A DNA stretch of 64,000 nucleotides from Amoebophrya sp. A120 (taxonomy: Eukaryota; Protista; Dinoflagellata), in contig CAJINV010000001.1 in assembly GCA_905178155.1 (NCBI GenBank), forward strand, positions 8,401,599 to 8,465,598, given 5' to 3'. A program made the position numbers and the translations under genes. Below the pieces are notes generated by a model that was not told where the DNA came from, did no database searches, and saw only the letters and a list, made by a program, of their open reading frames with translations. This document shows positions 23,152 through 35,189 of this stretch, piece after piece. Within the stretch, counting starts at the first letter, position 1. Every line of letters starts with the position of its first letter.

Positions 23152-23258
23152 CGGGAAACGGCCACCGGGAAACGGCCACCGGGAAACGGCCACCGGGAAA
23201 CGGCCACCGGGAAACGGCCACCGGGAAACGGCCACCGGGAAACGGCCACCGGGAAACG
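23152..23258 (+). repeat. 14-bp minisatellite, about 7 copies
   Basis: Unit GGCCACCGGGAAAC. Confidence 0.95.
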
Positions 23259-23264
23259 GGAAAC

Positions 23265-23525
23265 GACAAGCCAAAAAATTTTGCATGCAAGCCAAAAAAA
23301 TTGGAAAGACGGAATATTTCGCGACTCGAAATAAATATTTTGCAAGCCAAGAAATTTTGCAAGCCAAAAAATTTTGCAAGCCAAAAAATTTGGCAAGTCG
23401 AAATATTTTGCAAGCCAAAAAATTAATTTTGCAAGCCGAAATATTTTGCAACCCAAAAAATTAATTTTGCAAGTCGAAAAATTTTGCGAGTCGAAACATT
23501 TTGCGGGCCGCAAGGTTTTGCAGCT
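23265..23525 (+). repeat. Degenerate AT-rich ~18-21-bp tandem repeat
   Basis: Recurring ATTTTGCAAGCC(A/G)AAA. Confidence 0.85.
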
Positions 23526-23602
23526 CTCGAAAAATATTCTGACCAGGAAATATTTCGCAACAACCTTCCAGAGCAACCGACTCCCCCGCTTTTGCAGCTT
23601 TG

Positions 23603-24205
23603 AAAGCGGGAAGCACGGGCAAAGCGGGAAGCACGGGCAAAGCGGGAAGCACGGGGGAAGCGGGAGGCACGGGGAAAGCGGGACGCACGGGGAAAGCGGG
23701 ACGCACGGGGAAAACGGAAAGCACGGGGAAAGCGGGAAGCACGGGGAAGGCGGGAAGCACGGGGAAAGCGGGAAGCATGGGGAAACAAAACGGGAAGCAC
23801 GGGGAAAACGGGAAGCACGGAGAAAGCGCGAAGCACGGAGAAAGCGCGAAGCACGGGGAAGGCGGGAAGCGCGGGGAAAGCGGGAAGCATGGGGAAAGCG
23901 GGAAGCACGGGGAAAGCAGGAAGCATGGGGAAAGCGGAAAGCACGGGGAAAGCGGGAAGCATGGGGAAGGCGGGAAGCATGGGGAAAGTGGGAAGCACGG
24001 GGAAGGCGGGAAGCACGGGGAAGGCGGGAAACACGGGGAAGGCGGGAAGCACGGGTAAGGCGGGAAGCACGGGGAAAGCGGGAAGCACAGAGAAAGCACG
24101 GAGAAGGCGGGTAGCACGGGGAGGGCGGAAGGCACGGGGATAGCGGGAAGCACGGGAAAGGCGGGAAGCACGGGGAAAGCGGGAAGCCCGGGAAAAGCGG
24201 GACAC
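23603..24205 (+). repeat. 18-bp purine-rich minisatellite, about 33 copies
   Basis: Unit GGGGAAAGCGGGAAGCAC with point variants. Confidence 0.95.
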
Positions 24206-25864
24206 GCGGGCGGGTGGAGGGCACACAGAAGACGGGGGGCACGGGTTCGCTGGGAACGCCGCCGGCGGCCAAGCACCAGGCGAGCAGCTGCCCACCACCC
24301 TCCCCCGGCGCCCTCCCTCTGTTCGCGAAGGGAAAACCGCGCCCCAGCACCAGGCTTGCAGGCGAGCAACTGCCCACCACCCTCCCCCGGCGCCCTCCCC
24401 CTGCTCATGAGGAGGCCGGCAGAGGGCGCCACCGTCCGCCGCCTCTGCCAGTCTTGGAGGGTGCGCGCGAGGGAAACAGGCGGGGGCGGAGCAGATTTCG
24501 CGCGAGCTAACGCGGGGGGCGCCGTTGTTGTCCGGGGGTGCTGGGGGAGGGTGGTGGGCCCCTGCGCCTGGGGGGCAATGAATGCCCCGCCCCGGAGCCC
24601 GTCTTCCATCCACGCGCGCGGCAGGGGCCCCAGCGAGCCCCTTTTCTGCAAGGCTGCGCGCGGGAGAAGGGCGGGGAGGGGCGCCAAGGCGCGCAGGGGC
24701 GGGGCACACAGACAGGCGGCACGAGCGGGCCACACCACAAACGCGCGGGCGGGGCGTCACGCGCCAGCGCCTCGCATGGCGCGGATTGTTAGTTCCCTTG
24801 CCTCCTTCCCCCGTCCACTGGCGCCCGCCCGCTGCCGCGCTTTGCGTTGTTGCTTAGGCCTAAGGCTTGCCGCCACGCAAGCGCGCGCCCAGTGCGGGCG
24901 GGGTCCTCGCGCTCGCACAACGACGGGAACCACGGGCGCCCCATGGCGCTCCGCCTTCGTTCTTTCAGCAAGAAGCGGCGCAGATGCCTGGCCCCGCCCT
25001 GCATCAAAAAATTTCTCCCTTGCCCGACATCTGGCGTTTTTCTTTCCCCCCTGTCCACTCGTTCACCCTCCCACTACGCGACATAAGCTGCAGCCTTGTA
25101 GTATGTTGTGGTCCGCAGGGTTACTGCGCCTAAAATCTCTGAGTACGACTAAATTTTTTAGAAGGTACAACTTGAATTATTTTTATTTATGAAGAAGCTT
25201 CGCTAAAGGGCGAAGCGAGCTTCTTCTTGTTCGAAGCAGCGGGTACCAGCTTCGAAGTCTCGTCTCCTGAGAGGATGATGAATACCGACTAACTTTGAAA
25301 AAAAGGCAGCATCACGGTGACGTCGCGAAATGAGAATCCTCGACGGATCATTACGAAAAAATAACACGACGATGGTAACTGCACGACGGCAACTTCTTCA
25401 CGATGCGTCTGGATATTAAAAGCGAAGCAAGTACGAATCTACAGATGGATACCGAAACACGGCGCACGACTGGGTCCGACTGTCAAAAGTAAGTGTAGGA
25501 GGTACGAAGCAACAGGATTCGAAAATTTTGTGACGGCAGACCGAAATGGAGTACACGATCTGTCAAACGGTATCTTGTACGAGGAAAACGCATTATATCA
25601 GAAAACCGAGGGTGATGTCTCACGAGCTGCGCTGGCAGAAGGCGCGCCATGATAGCACGACCACGATAAAAACACAGACGAAATCAATACCCCACCGCAA
25701 GAGAGGCTGCCACGGAGACACTAAGGAATCTTCGACAAAATCTAAAAACTCTTAAAGTATAAAGAACTGCAAGACCGCTCCCGTTCAAGCGAGACTCGAA
25801 ACGAAACAAATGCTTTTCGACTAGCTCAGCAAAGAAGTCACACCAAGTTCTCCAGAGGAGAGCC

Positions 25865-28800
25865 CTAATCGAGCTCCTCCAAATCGTTTGAGGGAACGTA
25901 CAGATTTTTCCTCTGAGGAGGCTTGAACGCAAATGCGTTACTTGCGCCGTTCGAGGTACTAGTGCTACTATCTGCTTGCTCCCCTTTCTCCTCCTCTGCA
26001 TCGCCGATGCTTTCGGCGTGCTGCAAAATCGTGTCGACCGAGACGGGATCCGGTGCCGGGGGCGCGGCGGAAAAGTAACCGCCGACGTCGGCAAATTTTG
26101 AAGTTAAGGCCGTCGCACCGGATGAGTTAGTTGCGTTCGCTGCCGCGCTGGTGCTCCCGGGCTCCGGGGGCGGCGGCACGGTTTTCATGCCCCACTGCTT
26201 GCCTCGCTTTTGCGCCTCGGCTAGCAGGGCAGATTTCTGTCCGCTCGCAAAGTTGTCGAAGTCCTTGAGACACATTTCCGGAGAAATCCAGGTCGACGTG
26301 GCATCCGAAACCGCGTCGCTGTCCTCCGTGCAGATGCTTTCGATGTCGTCGCGATCGGCTATGTCACCAGAACTATCGCGGTTGAAAAAGCTGCTCGTTG
26401 AAGAGGACGAAGCCGAGGTTGCAAACTTGGCAACAGAATTCAACTTGCGAACCCACCATCGGGTTCGGTCACGCTGCGCGTCCACTGTTTTGGAGCGAGT
26501 AAGAATCTCATTGTTCTTCACAAAAAAGCCGATGATCTGATCATCTTTTGCAAAGTAAATTTACAAATGCAGCTGCGCGACCCACTCGTATAGTGATAAA
26601 GCAAAACGATACTTTGCTGGAAGTCCGCCGGGCTGGCGTCGCTGCTCGCCGTGGTGACGGCTTCGTCCTCGGGCACGGCACACAAGTTCGTCTTCCGCAG
26701 CAGCGCGCCGTAGCGTTCGCGTGCCATGCGTTCTGTCAGCGTTGTGGAATTGAACTCAGCGTTGAGCTTCTGTGCTACCGTGGAAAACCGGTACCCCGAC
26801 TTGGCGACGAGCCGCTCCAGTCTTTCGTCACGCAACTTGGACCAGTACCAGTCTTCCACGCCCGGAACGCTCTCGGACGGGGCAGCTGTGGATTTTTGCA
26901 AAACAGCGATCAGGACCATGAGCTGTTCACTCCATTAGGAAGAGTAGAAAACAAACTAACACGCAAAGACACGCCATACCCTCTGAGTAGCAAAAAAGAA
27001 AGCTCCTGTTTCTACACACATTAAGTGGCAGAAAAATACCCGAAGCCGACATCGCGTCCGCAGCCCCGGTGCTGTCCACGGACAGTGCGGGATTCTCGGT
27101 GTCCGTTAAACACGAGGAAATCGACTGCCTCTGAGACTGCGCCGTGCAAAAGGACGACTCGGAGGGGCGGCCCCTTGCGTCTTGAAAGTTGGTTCCAACC
27201 GCGCAGCATGCATTCTGCTGTTCCCCCATGGTCGCGACAAAGGGCTTGTTGGGAGAATCGCTCTCGACCGTTTCGCCCGTCGGGGAGACCTTCACGTAGA
27301 TGTCGGGATTGGCTTGATGTTCGGAACCAGAGGACGAGTTCTTCTCCATCAAATGCAGTTTCGCGGGATCCAGTTTACTGAATGGAAGTTTCCCGACGTT
27401 TTCGGACGTCAGCTGCCGGTCGTCAACAGTGGTACTCATTTCGTCGGATTTTTTGCCATCTGCAGCTGCTCCTTGGTGTAGTAGTGTGTCTGTTGAGGAA
27501 GAAGACGAGAATTTTTCTCCTTTGGAGACGATTTTCTTCGGCGGCGGGTCGCCGACCGCCGCTGTCGTCTCCCCCTTGTTTTCCCCCTGCCCCACCATCA
27601 CCCAGTCCTGCTCAGGCATCGGTGTTCGCTCCACGCACCCCTCCGGCACGCCCTCCCCCGCGTCGAAGGCTTCCTTCCTGGCCTTCTCCGCCGCCTGCCG
27701 CTTCAACTGCTTCTGGAGCTTCTTGTTGGCCTGCTCCTGGACCTTGCCTGGGACATTATTAAGTGACAACTACATACAACACTGTGCAAAAATGTTTCAG
27801 TCGTTGTGTAACAAATTATCAAATACTACTAACGGAAGCACACGCCGCGCTGAGATCTAGCCAGGGTTAACTCCGCGCAAGTAGCATAAGGAGCAAAAAT
27901 GAAGAACTTCTCCAACATACGAAATCTCTCGAGGTCGCGCTGCTTTTCCTCCCGCTCTTTCATGTAGTACCCCCGTTTCGCGGTCTGCTCCCCCTCCGGG
28001 CCGTCTTCCAGCCACCCCTGCACCCCCACGCGCTCCACCTCCGTCACTTGCTTGGTGTCGAGAAATTTCAACCTCGGCAGCCCGGCGACCAGCCTTCGTC
28101 GGTAGTTCTTGATCCGGCGGACCGAGGGGTTGGACTGCAGGAAGATGCAGTCGACATTCTTGAACCGTTTTTCCTCGCCGTCCACGAAAAATTCCACCAG
28201 CGGGTCCTCTTCCTCGATGTAGTTGGCACTGACGTCGATGGAAACGAGCTGGTTCTCCGGCTTTTCCACCAGGGGGAGGAGTCCTTTCAGCGCGTTCACC
28301 GTCATCAAACTATTCTTCGACAGGTTCAGCTGCGACAACTGCGTGCAGTTCTCGAGGTTCTCGATCTCCGTGATCTTGTTCTCCCGCAGGTCCAGGACCA
28401 CGAGGGAACTCGGCAGGTTTTCCATCCGCGTGAGGCAATTGGACTGCAGGTACAGACTCTTCAGGTTCGTCAGCTCGTCCAATCCCTCAATCCTGGTGAT
28501 CCCGTTGCAGTCCAAGTAGAGACAGTGGAGGTTGCGCTGTTTTTGGTTGGAATTGCTAGAGTAGAAGATTACTCTTGCTTCGCTGAGGACCTTGCCGGTG
28601 TTGAAAAGAAAACACAATAAAAACAGCAAAATTCCCAGCGAGCTAATACATAGACAGATAAAAAGGTAGACGCGTTTCTTCTCGATGTGAAGTAGAGAAT
28701 GGAACGCAATAGTACGTATGACTCCAGCTGTTCGATTTTCGCCAAACCCCGGTAATTCAGGCAGAGAGAATTGTTCAGCAACGGATTCTCGTATCCGCCG

Positions 28801-28931
28801 TTCTTCAGACATGCTTCTCGGAGCATCTCCTGGTTAACCCGGTTCCCGCCCCGGTTCTGCTTCGTGACTTCCTCGATATTCACCCGGATCCCTTCGCGGG
28901 ACGGGTCCTGCCAGTGCTCCTCCCGATACAT
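25865..28931 (-). CDS. DNAAF1: Dynein axonemal assembly factor 1 (ODA7/LRRC50), multi-exon
   Basis: LREACLKNGGYENPLLNNSLCLNYRGLAKIEQLESY, SDS22-like LRRs, NPSVRRIKNYRRRLV...LKFLD LRRcap and C-terminal DLEELD. Linkage of the 3' exons is inferred. Confidence 0.85.
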
Positions 28932-29757
28932 GTTGCTGGGGTTTATTTGAATCAAAGTGGATTTTTGCAAGAAGGAACCCTATGGCGGATTCCGCGGGAA
29001 AAGAAACTTCAAAACTTTTACGCTCTGCTTAGTGCTGCTTTACGATACTTTTCCGTATCACTCTGCTAGTACTTACGCGTGCAGCTCAGTAGAATAGCTA
29101 CGATTTTGCAGCTGTCTGCCGTTGTCCGATCGCGTCCGAAAAAACTCAAAAAATCACGAATGACGGGCGACGGAGCCCTAAGAAAAACGAGCATGATTCC
29201 CAAAAAAGAAGCCTTTATCTGCCATCTTTCATCACATCTCTCTTCCAAGGCCGCACCATCTCCATCACAGCAACTTGACTCGCACAACACTCGCATCTGC
29301 TTTTTTATCCGCACCTCGAGCTCCCTCAGTCACTCCACAAACGCAAACGAAACAGAAGAAACTTTATTACAACCTACAGGACCGCTCGCAAAGACGAGGA
29401 CAGCGTACTTCTGATATACAAGCGCAGGTCCTAGTCGTACGTTCACAAAAGCCTTGGCATTTGGCAGACAATTACAACTCCAGTCCGAATTCTTTTAAGT
29501 ACTGTAGCACAAGAAAGGATTCATTCGGAGTGAATATGAAACCAACGGAATATCACGCCACGACGAGAAAAACATACTTAAAAGAGACTCATCTCTGGAT
29601 ATCTTCAGGCCACTTTCAATATTGCGGATGACTAAACAGAAGACTTCAACATCCATCGAGAGGACAGCTCCACATTGAAAGCGTTTATCGAAAACCCGAC
29701 ACAACAACCAAAATTTCAAATCACTCCGGAGATTGATTCCTAGCACGCGGCCTCACT

Positions 29758-32169
29758 CTAGCACACCACCATAGCTTCGGAATGCTGCGCAACGAAGTGC
29801 AGCTCGAACTTTCCAGAGCTTCCATCGTTTCCTGCGTAGACTCCCGACATTAACCAGTCGTTCGAGCGCAAACTCGCATCCCCGGACGCCCGAGGCGTTC
29901 TTTGCTCCGCTCTCGATCGAGCCGCTGCTGAAAAAACTTGCTCCGCTGCTTGCCTCTTCTTCATGTCGATGTCTTCCTGAAACCGTGGTCCCGCGGAAGC
30001 TACGACTCCATGCATGTTTTCCGTGCATTCGGCTGCCGCGTCCTGCAGGTTCATCGCCTGATGCGACTTCCCGCTGCTCTTCCGCTTCTTCAACGTTTTT
30101 ACACGTGGGACCACGGGCACAGGTGCCGCTTTGTTTATCCCTTCCAAAACCGGCGAGGAGGAATCCGCGTCGTGGAATTCAGAGCCGGAGGAAATATCCT
30201 TTTCGACACTTTTGGCCTCCGCCTCGTCCCGGACTACAAGCACCTCGACGTCTTCTCCCTGTCCGACATTTTTCCTCGCTGTAGCTCTTGGCGAACTGCT
30301 GCAAACGCTCGACCCAATTTGTATTTCGCCAACAGATGATGCCCTGGGTCCTCTCTTGCTCCGACTTGACGATATCGCGGGCGGCGGGAGCTGCGTAGTG
30401 TTCATTTCAGCACTTCCTGCGTTGTAATAGCTGCGTCTAGATGAGGTAGCTCGCTTCTTGTTCTTATCCTCATCACACAACAGCACATTCGGCCTGGACA
30501 GGTGTCTTTTAGGCTTAAAAACCCCGCGGTACTCCACGCACAAAGTCGCGCCCACATACTTTTCTTCCCAAAAGATCCTTTGGGTTTTCGGACAAAAGAC
30601 GCCTGTGACCATGACTTTGCCGTGCACGTCGTCCACACCCGTGCCCGTAAATTCATTTCTCTTCTGCGATTCGCCGGAAGTTGTACCCGCGGCGGCATAT
30701 TCGTTCGCATTCGCCCCCTGCTGATAGTACAAACTGAACAGCTCGCTGCCGGCGGTCGGGTGGTACTTCAGGCACAGTCGTTTCTTCTGCGGTCGCGGTC
30801 CGTCGTGGTAGTGAAGCTCAACATCTGTAAAATGATCATTGTTCTCGCGGTACGACAGTGCCATTTTCGCTCGAGAGGAGGAACTGTAGCTCCGGGTCAT
30901 TTTCGCAGTGGATCCCCCCAGATGACCCGAACCGTGGCAACTCGCGGAAGACCCGCGACGCGCGGACCTGCGCCCCCGCACGACGTCGCTCCGCACGGAG
31001 TCGCGCCGGAGCGGAGGCTCGTAGTGTAGTTCCGTCGGTTCTTGCCTGTTGTAATTGTTGACAGGACCACACTCGCTCCGCGTGGAGCTCCTCCGCGAGG
31101 TGCGAACTGAAGGCTTTATTTCGGAAGTTCTTGAAGCCCGCTTGCTATAGCTTTGACGTGTGGAGCTTCTGTACTCTCCCATTTTATTTCCAGTTGTCCG
31201 CAGCAACCGCGCCTGCTCCTCCTTCCCAAGCATGTACTGCTCGTGGTTTTGGTGCTGCAGTAAACTACCGGTTCCATTTCTTCCCATTTGCCCGTTCCGG
31301 AAGCGCAGTCCGCGCTTCGCCAGCGCTTTCGCGACCGAAGAAGATCCACGGGAGGACCCGCTGCTTCCCCCCGCGGCCGCCGGCACGAAGTACCCCTCCC
31401 AGGTGGAAATCGGAGGCAGGTAGACCTTCTCCGCCACGTTAACCTTCGAGGTCCGGAAAGCCAGCCGCTTCGCACGGATCTTCCGGTACCGCCACAGGAA
31501 CCACCACTTGTGCACTAGGAGGAGGACCAGACAAGCGAGCGCGGAATAAAACAAACACTTAAAAATGTACACCTCCTTCTCGGTGAGCCAATTTAACTGC
31601 AAGAACTGGCTGACTGCCTCCGCCAGCTGCGTCGTGATGGTGGCCGTTGTCGCCGCCGCGGCCGGCGAAGCGGCGCTGGGGGTGGTTGTCGCCCCTCCGG
31701 CACTGCCAGAAGATCCACGGTCGTTTGAGAAGGACGAGTTGCGGGGCGTTCCCGCGTTCGTCAACTGCTGCCGTAGTTCGTCCCGAGTCAAGGGGATGGA
31801 GCTGCGGTTCGGGTGCGGCGAGGCAGACGAGGTGTGGCGCCGGATAACAGGCAGAGGACCACTACCTGGGTCGACGCCATTCAGAAACGAAGTCATGGTC
31901 AGCCAGGTGCTGGGTGCAGCGCTTCCGGCGCCGCTCGAAAGAGCGAAAGGCTTCCCACGTGGGATGGTCTTCCGGTAGAGAAGACTTTGAAAAATGAGGG
32001 CTCTTAGATCTAGAAGGCAGACCAAGTGTAGTGCAAGAATTTGAGCAATAAAAACACGCTGAATGTCAAAAGCAGTCATGAAGAAGAAGCATGTCAGCCG
32101 AAAATCAACCGGAGAAAACCGAACACGCAGAACCCCAAAGGCTGCATTGCTTGCGCCAATTTCGCACAA
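29758..32169 (-). CDS. Hypothetical Ser/Arg-rich membrane protein (true start possibly ATG at 31896)
   Basis: 803-codon ORF with TM segment IFKCLFYSALACLVLLLV and a globular patch FTGTGVDDVHG...VTGVF...IFWEEKY...VEYRG. Confidence 0.75.
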   Translation of the reverse strand: MCEIGASNAAFGVLRVRFSPVDFRLTCFFFMTAFDIQRVFIAQILALHLVCLLDLRALIFQSLLYRKTIPRGKPFALSSGAGSAAPSTWLTMTSFLNGVDPGSGPLPVIRRHTSSASPHPNRSSIPLTRDELRQQLTNAGTPRNSSFSNDRGSSGSAGGATTTPSAASPAAAATTATITTQLAEAVSQFLQLNWLTEKEVYIFKCLFYSALACLVLLLVHKWWFLWRYRKIRAKRLAFRTSKVNVAEKVYLPPISTWEGYFVPAAAGGSSGSSRGSSSVAKALAKRGLRFRNGQMGRNGTGSLLQHQNHEQYMLGKEEQARLLRTTGNKMGEYRSSTRQSYSKRASRTSEIKPSVRTSRRSSTRSECGPVNNYNRQEPTELHYEPPLRRDSVRSDVVRGRRSARRGSSASCHGSGHLGGSTAKMTRSYSSSSRAKMALSYRENNDHFTDVELHYHDGPRPQKKRLCLKYHPTAGSELFSLYYQQGANANEYAAAGTTSGESQKRNEFTGTGVDDVHGKVMVTGVFCPKTQRIFWEEKYVGATLCVEYRGVFKPKRHLSRPNVLLCDEDKNKKRATSSRRSYYNAGSAEMNTTQLPPPAISSSRSKRGPRASSVGEIQIGSSVCSSSPRATARKNVGQGEDVEVLVVRDEAEAKSVEKDISSGSEFHDADSSSPVLEGINKAAPVPVVPRVKTLKKRKSSGKSHQAMNLQDAAAECTENMHGVVASAGPRFQEDIDMKKRQAAEQVFSAAARSRAEQRTPRASGDASLRSNDWLMSGVYAGNDGSSGKFELHFVAQHSEAMVVC

Positions 32170-32370
32170 TCTCCTTGGAGTGAATCTACAACAAACTTCG
32201 CGTCAACATACCTTGATGTCTTACATCTACTCAAGCAAAACAAGAGTACTCATTACGGTTAAGAACATAGCAGAAACAAAAACCTTCGCGACTTGTTGCA
32301 AGCCTATAAAAATGACAATCTTCATGGTCCGTTTTGTCTCCGGCAGCAGGCCAACATCACACAAGTGGCC

Positions 32371-32892
32371 TCATTCTGCCGACAGTGCGGTGATTCTGTC
32401 ATCCCGCTTCTGCCTGATCTTGGACTCGCGCTCTGTGTGGGCACTTTTCGCTTTTTCCAATTCTTTCTGATATCGCGCGCTTTCCGCCTCGAGCTCCGCC
32501 TTACACTTGTCCTTCGCCGCCTGGATTTCCTTGGCCTGTGGAAAGACGAAAGCGAAACATAGTCATCGCATATAGTAAAACACACAAAAGGCCGGAGCTG
32601 TGATGGAAAAGCAAGCAAACGGCACGCATGGCATCAAATCAATGCAGCAAAAATGTTGAGCAAACATTCCTAGTACGCGAACCGTAGCTGCTTTCTGGTC
32701 CTTCAGCTTCTGCTTGGCCTTGGCTTCCCGATCGGCCAGCTCCTGTTTTTTCCGCTCAGTCACTTCCGCCGCCGTGGCGCGCTGGCGCTTCGCCTTCGGC
32801 GAACTCTCGTCCTCGTCGTCGTGCTTCATGAAGAGGCCGCCGCCGTGCATCTGCGCCCGGTACCTCTGCTGCGCGTTCTGGTAGTCCGGCAT
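32371..32892 (-). CDS. Small hypothetical coiled-coil protein, 2 exons
   Basis: MPDYQNAQQR... exon, then GT-AG intron, then AKEIQAAKDKCKAELEAES... ending at TGA 32371. Confidence 0.6.
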
Positions 32893-33574
32893 TTTTCGTC
32901 TTTCTTTTTTTAATGAACACAGAAAGATCACGCTCTTGCTGCTAGGACAGAATCATCGAAAGCGCAGGCACTTGTAGGACACAGGGTAGTTGTTTTCGAA
33001 ATCCTGACTAATGGGTCTATACTATACAGAAACAAGACCAACAGATTCGACAGATAGATCTTCTCACGGCACTGGTGACGGACGCAAGAAAGTCTCTAGC
33101 TCCACCCGGCATTTGCGCAGAAACGATAGGGAATCAGTATGGACTTGGTACAACTACTACAACCTGCTCCGACAGAATTTCATTCTGGTAAGAAATTAGA
33201 AACTTTCCCAATAACCCTAGACGCATCCTAAACACGTCTCCTCATCGAGCCGCCTGCTCAGATGACTTTCGCTCGGATCTTGACGCAGCGAATCCGAATC
33301 TTTGATCCGCCACGGAAGCAACGCGTCCTGTCCTGTGGCATAGAACATCAGGACGCTCTAAAGACAGTATAATTGCCGCACTCATCTAGCCAGCCGACCT
33401 GCTTGCATGGTATTTGTTGTCTGGTGTGGAGGCCGATACTACTCCTGCATCCATCAAAACCTGCGATGAAGTAGAGCAATCAACAAACGGGAACCATCAC
33501 CAAAATCATTGCAGCGACCTTCGGCATGGCCGGCAGAGAGCGTACCCGTCAGTGTGCTTGCTGGCCCCTGCTAC

Positions 33575-34572
33575 TTACTCGCAGTCCTTGGCCAGATCGG
33601 CATACTGCCTCTCCGTTTCCTTGTCGATCTCTGCCAATTTGTCATCCCGAATCCTTTTTAAGTTTTTCAAGTATACCACACTAGAAATACACTCACGCAA
33701 TATTATTCTCAGCGCAAGTCCCTTCACTGAAACAGCCCAACCGCTAAAGCAAAGCGTCGACTGCGGCTTCGACAGGCGATGCGACAAGGGACTAAAGAGT
33801 TACTTATTTGATGTCCCGTTCATGCAGAAAAAGATCGTGGTCCCGCCAAGACAGTAAGTACCCCAGCAGGTAGATAACAAGCATGGTATGTTTGACTTTG
33901 CGCTGATGGTTGAGTCGTGTTTCTTTCTGCGATATGAATTGTTCGTCGAAGTCTTCGACTGCCGCCCGCTTCCGATGCTCACGCATCATCTCGATCGTCC
34001 GCAGCTCAACATCCTGTGAAATAATTGAGAATAAATATGTGGACTTAAGCAAAATAACAATTTTCCTCTACCGAGAACGAGGCAGCTTGGCTCTGATGAT
34101 GATGATCTTCCCAAGAAAAGAGTTCAAAAGGGTGAGCTCTGTGACTCTAAGACGAAAATATCTGCACACCTAGATCTACTGTGTCGCGATCTTCTCACAT
34201 GATCCATGCAAACCGTGCATAGTCCGTCGGCCACTACAAGACCAAAGCTCTATAAGTGTGTACGCATGCAGCTTTCTTTTTCAGCTCCTCGGCTTGCGTT
34301 TCTTTTTCGATTTTCTTGAAGAATTCCGCTTTCTTTCGCTGCTCCTCAGCTTGGCAATCTTTTTCTATTTTTTTGAAAAGCTTGCTCCGCAGCTCTGTCA
34401 CCCGTCTGGTGTCCGGTTCCGCGTCAGGCTCTTTCCTGCACCCATCCGGTGTCGGGTTTTCCTTTTTGGAACCAGCGTGTTCCGACGCGGGAGTCTGAGC
34501 TTGTGTTCCAGCTCTGCTCATAGCCCCTGTCGTGCTCCCCTTGACTTTTTGCTTTGAGCCTGTCGGTGCCAT
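33575..34572 (-). CDS. Hypothetical coiled-coil protein, multi-exon, 3' end uncertain
   Basis: Charged helical exons with an internal repeat FKKIEKDCQAEEQRKKA / FKKIEKETQAEELKKKA. Confidence 0.5.
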
Positions 34573-35189
34573 GATATTCTGGGCCTTTGCAATGCACTAG
34601 AAAGAACTTGTGAAAAAACGGCGGTCTCTTCTGTCCTCAAGAAATTGAGTAGAGGGGAAGCTGATGTGAACTTGGAAGTGCTACGCTGCCATCATGCACA
34701 GCGCCTGCCCCTTTTTGCTACCCTCATCTTCAATAAATTCATCAAACGCCACTGTGCATTCGTTTCCCATAATCCGAAAAAAGCGGGGATCGGGAAATGA
34801 GCGGACGTAACAAACGGAACGAGGATGATGCTCATGGATCGATTCGGTTTCACACGGAGATCCTGCATCAAGCGCCAACCTCGATGTTGATCTGAGCACA
34901 ACACGATCACGAAGCCTGTAGATCTTCATCGGGACAACAGCTTTCCTGACCGTCTGAGTTTACAGACCGAGGACCTCCCAAAAATAGATATCAGGATCAG
35001 AAAGAGCATCGGAAAACGTTCCATGGGTGTCACAGTCATCGGCTGTGTAACAACACCACCACGACGTGGAACACCGCGATGTTGACAATCTCTACCAAGT
35101 AAAATTTGCGCACTGTCATCGCAGTTACATAGCTTTTGCTTCCTTGAAACATAAGTACCCTCGCGAGACTGTTGAGTGCGCGCGGCGTA

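Noticed and set aside
23152-24205. CRISPR-like array
   Set aside because: Units are head-to-tail with no unique spacers, there are no cas genes, and the context is eukaryotic.
22782-25192. Long overlapping repetitive ORFs (GKHGES, PAFPVL, GNGHRETAT)
   Set aside because: They are by-products of stop-free minisatellites open in several frames on both strands.
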